DNA of 64,000 bases from Sphaerodactylus townsendi (Eukaryota): positions 51,522,001 to 51,586,000 of the forward strand of contig NC_059430.1 in NCBI RefSeq assembly GCF_021028975.2. The letters run 5' to 3'. Under the pieces are notes generated by a model, which did no database searches, had not been told where the DNA came from, and saw only the letters and a list, made by a program, of their open reading frames with translations. Shown here piece after piece: positions 23,706 through 35,844 of this stretch (the stretch's first letter is position 1; every line of letters starts with the position of its first letter). Made by a program: the position numbers and the translations under genes.

Positions 23706-25809
23706 AATGTGGGCCTTAGTTCACAAAAACTTACATCATAATATTTTTGTTTATATTTGAGATGCCACATTTGAGATGGTTGCAGACTAATTCAAACTGA
23801 TTTCAGTGGACTTAGATCCTATTAACCCTATTTAAGATTACACTGTGATACATCTATCCCTCCAGTATGTAGTGTTATTTACTTTGCATGGTTTTTTCAT
23901 AAACATGAGTGTTAATAGTGCAGCTAATGATACACACATAGTCAAAAATCTTTTGGAATCATCCATCTCTATTCTGTGTTTATGAACATGCTGTCATGAA
24001 GGTACCTACACACATCTGCATAAAATTGTGAGTTGGTTTTTCATGTGTATCTGCATGTCAAATTTTTAATCAGGATTTTTTCTTGTATATTCATAGAAAA
24101 CCAATGAAAAAATATGGGATTTATATACATATATATATTCATTCTGGCTTAGCAGTGTATATACTGGTTTGACTGATTCTGCATGGAGGTTGTCTACCTA
24201 CCCCAACCAATTTTAAATCAATGCAACACAGAACTCCAGTTAACAACTAATAGTTGTAGTAAGGAATGGTTCCTGTGGTAAACGCTGTAGAAATATGCCT
24301 ACATTTCATATACATTCCAGGAGAAACTTCCCAGACTGATTTTCCATGCTGTCATGTGTCACATCTGATTATCTTTGTGACTTTGTGTTATGTTACATCA
24401 AGGATGTGACTAACATTAACCACATGTAATGTTGCACATTACCATCTTGTCTGCCAAGGAAATTTGGAGCAGCATGCCTTTCAGAAAGCAGAGTTTCCAT
24501 TAGAATTATAGGTTTTCGTCGTTGTGTGCGAGAGGGAGATTAACTCATCAGTTCATTCAGTTTCAAATCACTGGTCCATGTGTTTGAATATAAAACATTC
24601 ACTTGTTTCTTTGTTAATTAACAGAACACAAAAGAAAGTATCTGGGCTTACCTTGATACTTTTATAGGACATGACAAAAGGACAATTTCTTGCAGGCATG
24701 CTCTGTCCACCAATACTAAAAATGTCTTCTGAATTCATGCCTGTGATCAATCCTATTCTGGAAGAATTTGAATGTTTTAAGGGTGCAAGTAAATATCAGT
24801 TGCCCTAGGAAAATAGGGACAAAAAAGAATTTGTACTTCCATCGGCACTGCCTTTAATTCAGATACGATGAATGCTATCTTGCCCAGCTATACCCTTCCG
24901 GGCACTACCTTCTGTGGACTTGGAAGTGGGTAATTTTGCTTAGAATGATATTGGATGGGCCTTTGTTGCACACTGTATCTTTTTAGAATAATCCAGAATG
25001 GAGAACAAACCATCTACATGACAGATTCAGAGACATTGCTGATTACTGAGCATTGCAAACATTGCTTTAAAGAGGCTGTTTCTCCCCCGCCCCCCCCCCC
25101 TATGTTTAGCTATTTTTAAGACAAACCAAATGTGGCTACCATGAGCAATAAAAAAATTTATATGGTGCTATTACTTATAAAAACTGCATACCACAAGTAT
25201 TGCAAATGTAGGATTTCCTACATAGAAACATTATTTAATTTAGACTTGTCTCACTTGTATTTGTTGCAGATATTTTAATTATTTTAAAATAAGAACAAAC
25301 AATAAATTAAGGGTTGAATACTTCCCAGGAGACCTTGTGAGCCCTAAGGTCTCCTGGGAACTGTAGTTCCTCAGGCCGTTTTCCTCAGCCTGAAAAAAGT
25401 ACTAGAAAAAGAAAAGGAACTAAAATAAATGTGGGAAGGGGATGGGGGGTGTTACAGAAGGGTGCTACGGAGGTTGCAAGGAAAAGGGAGAGGGGCCGGG
25501 GCAACTTTCCAGGGGCCCCCAGACATGCACCCGGTACGCAACACACTTCCCCCACCCTCTTGCCGCTCCGCCACTGAGCAGAGCACAGGAAAGTATAGAG
25601 CTTAGCTTCTCTCACCTCACACAGGGACCCCAGTGATATTCAATTCTTAGAGGGAATGGATGGGCCAAGCATCTCTGCTGACAGTAATCTTTCTGCTAGG
25701 TCATTACCCGACCATGCTGAGTTTTGAAACTGTCTCAGGTGAACATTTCTACTCTCCTGATGACAATATGAACCAGACTATCTTCTGAAAAGTGAAACAA
25801 ATACTATTG

Positions 25810-26030
25810 TGGCCATCTTGGTACAGTGGTGGTTGTGTCAAACTAGGATCTGGAAGAGCAAGGTTCAAACCCCCACTGTGCTTTGAAGTTTGCTGGTTAA
25901 CCTTGGGCCTGTCACTCTCTCCTTCAGCCTAGTGTACCTCACTGAATTGTTGTGAGAGTAAAATGGAAACAGGGACACTATTTTATGCTACCCGAAGCTC
26001 CTTGAAGTAGCTGCAGGATTAAAAATGCTT
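25810..26030 (+). mobile_element. Old tRNA-derived SINE (Squam3/MIR-like)
   Basis: ctaggatctggaagagcaaggttcaaaccccc...accttgggcctgtcac...cctagtgtacctcac...ttgttgtgag. Confidence 0.65.
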
Positions 26031-27382
26031 CATTCACAATTATGACATCTTTCTGATCACCATCTCTGCTGAGAAAAAAATGCTAGAATAAAATCATTTT
26101 TGCAAGTCCTCTCTGGAAGTTAAGGCTTCATTTAATGTACTTAGCAAGTAGTATAGCATTGTCTCTCCAAAGAATTAATTAGCTAACAATGGCAGATATG
26201 TGTATGCATCAGTAAGGGAATTTATGGTAGAAATTGCCTCTGGACAAGAAAGTCTTTTCTAATTAACTCATTGAAGTCTCCATGCTACCACATTGGTTGT
26301 CTTCTGAGCTTGAAGTGTTGGAAGAAACAGTACAAAGAAGATCCTCTGTCCTGAAAGACATCTGCTCTCCATTAAAGCTTCAAGGTGTGGAAAGAATTAA
26401 GAGTTATGTTGGAGACATTAATAGATGCAGTTGTAACAAAGCACATACAAAAAGTGTTGTTAACTGTGTAATCACCAAAGGCAAGGCACCTTGAACCACA
26501 AGGAATGGCAAAGTATAAATATTTGAATAAATATTAAAAATTTAAAAGATGTCCTTCGTTTTCCCATTTGAGACATGAATTTTTCCCATTACTGCTACAT
26601 CAGTCAATTGTTATTTACCCACAATTTCTCTAAAGAGGTCAAGTCAGTATGCATGGGTCTCCCCATCCTTTGTTCTTGTAACAACTTTGTGAAGAGACAG
26701 TGACTGGCCCATGCTTACCCAGTGCCATTCTTGTATGAGTAGGGATTTTAAACTAAGGTAGCCACAGATCTAGCATGACTGCAGCACATTGGCTTTCATG
26801 GCCCACATGTCTGTTATGAGCACCATAGCTCAATGTAAAGGATAGGACTTTCCTTCACCTCACCCACATTTTTCAGTGGAAAAAATCAAGCCTTTAGCTG
26901 AATATCCAATCACATTTCAAGTGATACCTTATCAAATAATGTATGTGCACTCTGCATTTCATCAATAGAAATATAATCAGGTATGCATGTTTATCACATG
27001 ATGATTTCAATATAAAATGATAATTTGCAACTTGGGAATAGCCATTAACCATCAGGAACCACAACCAGAAATTCCAGTCTATTTTTAGTTATATATTTGT
27101 TATGTTTCTTGATTTTGTAAGGTGATTTGACATAAATGAGACAGTTTAGGGCTAATAAATTATAAAACATTCAATAAAAACACAGTGGATAAGAAATGTT
27201 GATAGCTATTTCTTCTAAGTCAAACAACATAATTTTGAAAGCAAGTTGTTCGCATTCAGCCTTGCATCAAGTAGCCAAAAAGAAAAAAGAAAAAAGAAAA
27301 AAGACATTGTATGATGTATATGCATGGATCAATTTTGTGTGGTTCTATTTTCCCAGTCATTTCCTCAAACTATCACCTAATC

Positions 27383-27893
27383 CAGTGATGGCGAACCTTT
27401 TCAGGACCGAGTGCCCAAATTGCAACCCAAAACCTACCTATTTATCGCAAAGTGCCAGCATAGCAATTTAACCTGAATACTGAGGTTTTTGTTTAGAAAA
27501 AAAGATTGGCTCCGAGGTGTGTGTTACTCAGGAGTAAGCTTGGTGGTAGTCAGTGGCTTTGCTTTGAAGCAACTGTGCAAATGTTCCAATGGGTGAATCA
27601 CGACCCTAGGAGGGTTTACTCAGAAGCAAGCCCCATTGCCAGCAACCGAGCTTACTCCCAGGTAAAGGATTGTGCTATAGTTCTTCACATGAAAATCAGT
27701 GGGGTTTAACAGCGCTTAACAGGGTTACCTACACTGCTTCCCCAAAACTAGGTCTTAGGTTTAATGCTAATAATCGAGCCCAGCGGCCCAGGCCAGCCTG
27801 GATGTATGGGGGGGGGCACTCTGTTTGCGTGTGCCCACAGAGAGGGCTCTGATTGCCACCTCTGGCACCCGTGCCACAGGTTCGCCACCACTG
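27383..27893. mobile_element. Non-autonomous hAT MITE (CAGTGATGGCGAACC family), copy 2
   Basis: TIR cagtgatggcgaacc...ggttcgccaccactg; perfect TSD acctaatc (27375-27382 / 27894-27901). Confidence 0.95.
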
Positions 27894-29739
27894 ACCTAAT
27901 CAAACTGCACATGAATATTTTATATCAAAACCTCTCGATAGTACCACAAATGTATCAGTTTGCTTCAAATATTTGCATCCCATCTTCTTCTCACAAGGCT
28001 CAACACAGTTTACAAAATAATATCTGGTAAGAATAAAGACATAGATAACAAATCAACAGCAATAAAAGAACAGATAACCAATCTTGGCACTGACAAAAGA
28101 AACCAATCACTTAATTCATCATGAAATTAAATGATTTCATCATATAATACACACTTCAGCAACAATTCTCCAACCATCTAACTAGAACATCACTGAAAAC
28201 ACCTACCAAATAACACTACATCCCTTTTTAGAAAGGTCAACAATGAAGGAGTCATACTTTCTGTTGTGCTGCAATTAAGAAAGCATGGATTTAAGCAAAG
28301 GGAAAATATTTCTTCCTTCAGTGTCGGGGAAACACAAGCAAAACAATTAGAGAAGCACAAGTGGTAGGAATAACCATCAAAAAAAATCTTATCTAGTATG
28401 TTGTTATTGTCTCTACCATTAAACAAAACAGGTACACTATTAAAATTACAATAAAGCAATTCAGTATGCACTGTATGCACATACAAGTGAAAAATAGCAA
28501 TGCACTTTGTAACAATTACAACAACAATTTACAAAAATTGCAAACAACCATACATGGTCCATATAAAAGCCAAAACTGCAAGGTTTCATAAGTCAGAAAA
28601 CAAGCACAGACATTGAAGGTCTTATAACCAGAAGGAAAACAATTGCAGTGAAGACAGTCTGCAGCACTTCATTCTGAGCATCACTTCATCTTTTTCTCAC
28701 ATAATGCTTCTATAATCAGCTGTGTATGGCTAGCATATGAAACAAATGGAAGCATTCTTGAAGATGGCTGGCAGAGCTTAAAGCTAATAGTACAGGTCAG
28801 CAAGACATTTATAGAAGTATTTGTGACTAGTTTTAACTACTGGCCATGCTACAAATATTAAGTTACATTTGTACGATGGTGAGCAGTCTCCTTTTTGTTT
28901 GATCAATTCTCTGCAATGAATGTCACAGCAAACATCAAATATATGCGACAGTAACTGGAACTCCAGAAGGCCTGCCATAGTAGCTTGTGGCAGCAAAAAT
29001 TAACAGGCGTCTTACATCATCTTAAGTAAAATTGTGTTCCACTGTAGGTTTTTGTGGACTAGAGCTTGCTTCTTCACAGAGCCCACTACAAGTGTTTTAA
29101 TTAGCAGTAGTGGGGGAAGAGGATCAAGGGGGTCAAAATGCAGGAAGTAGGGGGAAATGTGGCTGTGTAAAATTTAAATCTAATCAAGAAAAATACAGAA
29201 ACCATTCACAGGTTATGCTAAACCTTTTAAAATCTGCAATGGGATGAACCATAGCTCTCTTTCACTGCCATTTTAAAAGACATGATTTCAATAATTTCAT
29301 CTTTCTTAAGACTCATTTCTATCAATCTTTGGTCATTTATGCAGTTGTGGTCTCCTTTGCTTTGAGTGTACATTTCCTTTGGATTTGATTCTTGGTTACA
29401 CACACATTTCTTCCTCTTCAGCACTTCCTTCATTTTCAGATCAAAGAATCCCTGTGGTTTCCAAAATCTCTGAAAGTGTTACTTTTTCTCTCCCTTCATG
29501 GAGAAAGCAAAGGATATCAGCATGCATTTAGCTTTCTTCAGGTTCTCTCTCTTCTCCCTAACTTCCCCCACCCACCCCACAGCATTTCCTCTCACTCTTC
29601 AAGCCACCATTTCACAAGGATCAGAAAAAACGTTATTTTTTATTATTTTTATGCTGAGATATAAGATGCACCTGAATAACCAGGGGCAGCCATTGCTGCC
29701 GTGGTGAGCAACGCAGCAAGATAAGGGGCATGCATGGCC

Positions 29740-29815
29740 TGGTGGCAAGCTGCAGAACCGGGTGCGATGATTGGCTCCCCCTGAAAAAGGCGGGAGGAGC
29801 CTGGGTATATCTAGA
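29740..29815 (+). promoter_or_regulatory. Putative promoter in the element's 5' (A) repeat
   Basis: Inverted CCAAT (attgg ~29750), GC-box-like aggcggga, TATA-like tatatc ~29806, upstream of gccATGG at 30016. Confidence 0.45.
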
Positions 29816-30015
29816 CGCCTTCCCCGGTCCGCGCCCTTCCCGGCGGCGAGAACCAGCAAGGTGTGGTCGCGTTGGCGTCTCACTTAAGGCCTGGAAGGAG
29901 ACTGGCCTTTTCTTTCCTTTCCTTTTTAGCTGATTTTCCTTCTTCCTCTGGCCCTCCTTGTTTCTCTCGTTTCAACCTTTTCTTCCTTTTCATTTTTCTG
30001 GGCGGTCTCGCAGCC

Positions 30016-31400
30016 ATGGGGCGAAAGGGACAAGAGCAGGCAGCCTGCTGCAGAAGCGGCCCGGCGCTCCATCGGAACGGCGATGCTCTGCTGAACAGGG
30101 TCCGGGCTGAACTGGCCCGGGGCGTGGACGACGGCCCGGTCGTTGAAGCGTGCTCGGAGCTGGCGAGGCTGACGCCGCTGGCTCCGGGCTTGTCTCCCAT
30201 CGGCAGGCGGCCGGTCAGCATGGCGGACAGTCTCCATTGGGAGGGCCTCCCAGCGGTCGAAGAGTGCGGCCCGGCATCTTCCCCGCCCGAACACGCCGGG
30301 CCATATGGGCACCGATCCTGCCTTGGTCTGCAACCTGGCGACACCCTGTTGCATCTTTTCTCAAGTCGGCGAGCTGACCGGGCGAAGTCGGGCCCCACCG
30401 AGTCGGGGCCCCGAGCCCACTGCGCGGAGGCCGATCGCGGCGCCCGAGGAGGGCCTCGAAGCGAACAACGGATGTGCTGCAACTTTACGCCTCCGGTTAA
30501 GCGTGTCCACATCGGTGGATGCGCTCCATCGGCCCTCGAGCGAGGGCAGGAGGAGGAAGCTGATCGTCAGAAGGCTGTTCCGTTCCTCAAGCGTCCCCCC
30601 AGCTCTTCGTAGGTCGGGTGAGTCTACTGAGGATGATGACGCAGCAGGTTACTGGGGAATTTTGAGTCGCTGGGGAGAGGTGCCTGCTCTCCCCACCGTG
30701 GCTTGCAAAGCATAGCAGGGCGTTCCGAGAGCGTGACGCCATCCCGGCACCGACTCAGGGACTGACAGCGGCAACCCGCCGGGTCCCACCTCCCCAGGAA
30801 GCTCGGGAGCGGGCGCTGGATGGGTATTATGTGGATATCTTTACGTTCCTGCAGGAGGAGTTGGGTTTGTCGAAGGGCGGAAGGCTGACAAAAACGGAAG
30901 GACCAGGCAGCGGCCGAAGCGGAATTTCAACAACTGGCTGCAGGGCTTCACGAATTCCTGGCCCTCATCGGGGCAGCGTGATGCGAAGCCTGGCATCCTG
31001 CGCAGCTCACATGGCCCATGTGCTGCAGGCTCGGCTGGCTGGGAGACTGCGACCACAAACTACAACGAAGGCTATCCGCCAAAGGCGCCGCTGACAAGTG
31101 CCTTTTTATTTGGGACCTCATCCACGACCAAACCTGGATGGTCATGGTCCAGCCACGCCATGGGAGGGGCGGCCGGATCCTCCGTTCCCCACAAAACCGG
31201 CAGAGCCTACCGGGCGGTGGGGGGCAAAGAAGTTGTGTTGGGAATTCAACAAAGGTGCTTGCCAGCGGCAAAATGTAGATATGAGCACTCTTGCTCCCTT
31301 TGTTCCGGCAGCCACAGCAGGATCAGCTGTCCCAAGCCGGGCGGGGCCTTCGGCAGACCCGGTCGTGGCCGGGCTCCTCCCACAAAGACGCCGGTGGCTG
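30016..31400 (+). pseudogene. Ngaro gag-like ORF1 (frameshifted) with C-terminal Cys/His knuckle
   Basis: Kozak-like gccATGG; WDLIHDQTW; CWEFNKGAC...CRYEHSCSLCSGSHSRISCP across a frameshift at 31236-31333. Confidence 0.75.
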
Positions 31401-31479
31401 AGGCGGTGCTCCGCCCGCGAAACACTGAGGTGCTCGCTCAGCTGCAGTCTCTGGCCCCTTCCCCGTTCAAGTGGGGGGG

Positions 31480-32410
31480 TGCTGTTGGAGTGGTTGCAGC
31501 TCTACCCAGACAGGGCTCTTGGCGCCTGCTGGGGAGGGTTTCTCTTCTGGCTTCCGCATTCCATACCAAGGCCCGCGGAGGGCTTTACCATGCCAGCAAT
31601 CTAAAATCTGTCCCGCGATCTCCCTGGAGCGGTGGCTGATAAGCTCAACAAAATCCAGGCCGGCCGCATTGCTGGCTCTTTCATCACCCTCCCCTCCCCA
31701 ACCTCAGGGTCTCCCCAATTGGCGTCGTGCCTAAGAAAGCCCGGGGAGTTTAGCAATTCAACACCTCTCCTACCCGGGCCGACTCCGTGAATTTTTCATT
31801 GACCCAGAGGTTTGTTCCGGTCCGTTCGCATACACCTTGGACGAAGCTTCATCCTCTCTGCATCAGGCAGGCGGGTCCGGGGCATCCCTGGCAAAGTGTG
31901 ACATTCAGTCCGCCTTCCGGCTCCTGCCCATTTCCCCTTGGACTTCGAGCTGCTGGGCATCCACTTCCAAGGAAATTGGAGTATGTGGACAAGGAAGGCC
32001 ATGCCCATGGGCTGCTCCTTTGCCTCTTGCCCGCTTTGAGACTTTCAGCACCTTCCTCGAATGGGCTTTCAGACAGCGGGTGCCCTCCGGTTTGGTGACT
32101 CATTACCTTGATGATTTCTCATTTATCGGCAGGCAGGGCACCCGGGGAGTGTGGAAGGCTGGCCCTTCAGGCTTTCCAGGTCCTGGCCGAGCTGGGGGTC
32201 CCTTGGCTCCCAACAAGACGGAGGGGCCCGCCACTGCCCTCAGCTACCTGGGCGTTCACCTGGACCACGCGGTTCTGAGCCGTCCTCCCTCCCCTCACTC
32301 CCGGCTGACAAGCTTACAGCCCCTTCAGCCCTGCTCCAGTCCGTTCTTCTCCTCCGAAAATGCAGGGTGCGCCTGGTCCAGTCCTTACTCGGCCACCTTA
32401 ATTTTGCTTG
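31480..32410 (+). pseudogene. Ngaro reverse transcriptase (frameshifted)
   Basis: GFRIPYQGPR, SPIGVVPKK, LAKCDIQSAFRLLP, THYLDDF (cat tac ctt gat gat at 32101-32115), KTEGPATALSYLG. Confidence 0.92.
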
Positions 32411-32609
32411 CAGGGTGGTGGCCCCAGGCAGGGCCTTTCTGCTCTCATTTGGCCCGAGGAGTCCTTGTCGGGCTGCAAGTCCCCTGACCATCACATCAGG
32501 GTCTCGGGGCATGAAAGAAGACCTACTGGTCTGGTTGTCCTTCATCCGAAACTTCGCGGCATCTCTCTGTGGCAATCAGCTTTGGAACCTGGCCTGGAGC
32601 TGCAGGTGC

Positions 32610-32965
32610 ACTCTGATGCCCCTGGCGCTTTTGGTTTCGGCGTGTTCTTCCGAGGTCAGTGGGCACAGGGCCTTTGGCCCCCCAGAGTGGCCTGTAGGGG
32701 CATCACCAGGGATCTTACTTTTCTGGAGCTGTTCCCCATCCTGGTGGCGGTGCACATTTGGCCACGACCTCTGGCTAAACAAACGGGTGCTTTTCTGACA
32801 ACCAGGCAGTGGTGCGTGTGGTAAACAGACAGTCGAAAGCAAATCGCTCGGGTCATAATGCCTGGTTGCAATTTGGTTCTTACCTGCCTCACTCATAACA
32901 TCTCTTTCAAAGCTGCTTTGTTCCAGGTTTGCAGAATGAAATTGCTGATGCTTTATCTCGCCAGC
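32610..32965 (+). pseudogene. Ngaro RNase H domain (frameshifted)
   Basis: SDAPGAFGFGVFFRGQW, DLTFLELFPILVAVHIW, DNQAVV, NEIADALSR. Confidence 0.85.
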
Positions 32966-33039
32966 AGGTGGATAGTTTCGGGCCTGGCCCGGGCGGAGCC
33001 GTTCCGGCGACAGTGCGGCGTTCCTCTGGAGCCTTGGCA

Positions 33040-33910
33040 ACGAAGGCGTCATCACAGGTGTTTTGAACTCGCTGGCACCGCCACGATGCAGGCAATACGG
33101 CCAGACGTCTCGCGCGTTCCTGAGCTTAGCTGCATCCTCCGGCTCGGGTTGCGGTGGGGTGGACACTGGCTTTCTCCTCGTGTATTTGGTCTGGCTCCAT
33201 GGGCAGGGATGCACCAGCACTATGGGGTGCACCTGGCGGGCATCGCTTACCGCAAGGTTTCCGGTTTTCCTGATGTCACCAAGGCGTTTGTAGTTAGCCT
33301 AGTGGCTGGATGGCGGTGGTGGGCACCAGACAGGGGACCTCGAGCCAGTCACCAAGGAAGTGTTGAGGGCGGTCACTGGGGCTCTAGGGCAGGTGTGTAA
33401 CCCGGCTATGAGCTGCTTTTGCCTGCCGCCTTCCACCTGGCTCACCACGGGCTTGTCAGGCCTGGGGAACTGGTCGCCTACCAGGGTTCGCCTTCCAGCA
33501 CCGCTGCAATGGGAACACCTGGGTCCTGTCGGGGACATGGTCCACGCTTGGCTGGCTCATTCAAAACTGACCAAGAGGGGCCGTGGGGCTTGGGTCACCG
33601 GCCCTACGAGGCGATGCCACCTGCCCCTCCCTCCCCTTATTGAGTGGCTCGGCACAGGCCTCCGGTGGAGTGGCATGCTCTTGGTGCATGAGGATGGGTC
33701 CCCCTCACCAGGTTCCAAATGCTGGCGGTGTTCAGGAGCATGCTGTCATGCTGGGCTACCGGCCTGGCGAGGAGTTCGGCCTGCACTCGTTCCAGAATAG
33801 GGGCATACTTGACCGCGGCAGCAGAGAGCAGGGCCGGAGGATATCCGCAGTTTGGGCAGGTGGCCCGGTCGGGGGCCTTTGAGGCGTGCATTCGCCCACA
33901 CCTGACTTGT
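33040..33910 (+). pseudogene. Ngaro tyrosine recombinase (frameshifted)
   Basis: AFHLAHHGLVRPGEL (catalytic R), SKTDQ-like, HSF-RIGA, SGAFEACIRP (expected catalytic Y reads as C). Confidence 0.88.
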
Positions 33911-33959
33911 TGATTTCCCTCCTCAGTGCCTCCAGGAGTGCGCAGACTATCCTATCGGC

Positions 33960-34500
33960 AGGTGTGTGGGTGAGTGGGGAACAGCCTGCATCCAGCAAGT
34001 GGGACTCGCCTGCAAGATCCGAGATGGGGCCGGCATCTCGGACTCGGAAAGCATCGTAGAATTTCCTGGTTGGGGCAGGGGAGGCACATGCTTTGGCATG
34101 AGCTAGAGCCCAGGTGTCATTGAATACATTTTCAGCTGGCTACACGGACCTCCTGGTCATCCACCTTGGGATGAAGATCTCCTGCCAGGTGAGGCCTTGA
34201 CCATGCGTTTGGGAGTGGCCGCCACGCTCAGGAGCTTTGCCAGGCACCGCCTAATATGACCTTGGTTTGGTCCGAGATGGTGCAGCGGGATCATTGGGCG
34301 GAGCGGTGGATCCCTCGGCTGTGGATAGGGCCTGCAGAAAGTTAATAGGCACGCCAAGGTGGTACTTTCCTCCGAGGGCGGTGGCAGAACACTCGAAATC
34401 ACCCGACGCCATGGACCTTTTTTCCAGCCGGATGGCGTCCGCCTGTCCCAATGGGGCATGGACTTGTGGCTTCAGTCAGTTCAGTTTACCCTTAGGTGGT
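33960..34500 (+). pseudogene. SGNH/GDSL-hydrolase-like cargo ORF (frameshifted)
   Basis: VWVSG-NSL (block I), ISWLG, DLLVIHLG (block III), LVWSEM, PDGVRLSQWG (block V DxxH with H>R at ~34440). Confidence 0.75.
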
Positions 34501-35418
34501 TAGATTTGAGACGAGGCTCAGGCTTGAGGGCTTGGGCGGTGAGCTGCAAGGGTGGAGCAGCTCGTGCGTAGGGTTTACAGCAGTGTCGCGACATCTGGGG
34601 AGAGCAGGCACTCGGCTGGGGCTCCCAGGCTTGCGCCCTATGAGGGCCGGGGGGGTGGGGCGGGCAGGCTGGGCGGGCGGCAGGCCGGGTCAGCTGCCGA
34701 CACCCCAGGAGTGGGTTGGGTTGGGCCGTTAGGCGACCATGGGCTTAGCCGGTGCCCGACACCCCAGCGAGCACGGGAGGAAGACGGGCTGGGGGCGGCC
34801 TTGGGGCTCAGCCGGTGCCGTCTCCTCAGCAGGGGCGGGAAGTGTGGAAGCATTCAGGAGTATGATCTCTGGGGCTTCCCTTCCCGCCAGTTTCCCATTC
34901 ATTGGGATGTGATGTGCGACCCGTTTGCCGCCCAGCTCTGATGTATATAGTTCTTGTTTATATGTTTGTTGTTTAATAAACGGGCTGCGGCCCATTCCTT
35001 TTCCAGCCTGTCGTTGTGGTGTACTTATTGAGCGAGGGAGTCTCACCATCTACAGCAATGACAATTGAAATTGACAAGAAATTGACATGGTCTAGCACAC
35101 TAACACTAGACAAAAGACAGCAGGGGGGGAAGGGTAGCAAGCAACCTTCCCAAATGGAGGTTGCACAGAAACTGTGAGGAATTGGGAGTTGGCAAAATGA
35201 TTGATCAGCTCAGCTAAGAACTCTTTGCAGGGGGAAGAATCCCTGTGTAAAACCCATTGCAAAACAAACAGCTGTGGGGCAACTAGTACATGCATAAATT
35301 GCTTTTTAGTCAAATGGAGATAAAATTGAGTAGTGTAGAAAAAACTTTACTCCCACTTGCCTTGAATGGAGAAGTGAAATGAATAAGTAAAATTAAAACA
35401 TGTGTGTCACAAATTAAA

Positions 35419-35424
<6 letters not shown>

Positions 35425-35450
<26 letters not shown>
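35425..35450. repeat. (CA)n microsatellite
   Basis: Direct reading. Confidence 0.95.
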
Positions 35451-35762
35451 GATGAACAGCCACATTTACTTTTTGCCTGATTAATTCTCTGCAGCGCATA
35501 TTATATATATATGCACATACATGTATTTATATAATATTGCATTCCTGTTATCCTTACTACTGTACTGAGCTGCCAAAGGGAAATAATATGATGAAACATT
35601 TTTTCCTTTCCAGCTATGTTATGCTCAATTATCCTCTACTAAGGGTTTGTTTTTTAATTTATATAACTTATTTGGTCACCTATTGAATGCCCATACTGGA
35701 TTAATAGAGTATATTTTTGTCCTACTGAGTATATTTTTGTCCCTACTTCAGTGGGACACTAC

Positions 35763-35763
<1 letters not shown>

Positions 35764-35843
<80 letters not shown>
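35764..35843. repeat. (TG)n microsatellite, ~40 units
   Basis: Direct reading. Confidence 0.98.

Positions 35844-35844
<1 letters not shown>

Larger units (their letters stand above)
29681..35062 (+). mobile_element. Ngaro-type (DIRS order) tyrosine-recombinase retrotransposon, near full length
   Basis: Abrupt GC/CpG-rich block; ordered gag-like, RT, RNase H, YR and SGNH motifs; promoter-like 5' repeat; AATAAA at 34975; AAT(A/G)AC at both junctions and no conventional TSD. Confidence 0.9.

Noticed and set aside
29290-29450. Peptide SENEGSAEEEE…KQRRPQLHK vaguely like the STAG1 C-terminus
   Set aside because: Short, stop-interrupted, low-complexity match without splice support.
29681-35062. 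Host CpG island or GC-rich host gene
   Set aside because: The GC-rich block coincides exactly with retrotransposon motifs; the many short antisense ORFs reflect GC content.
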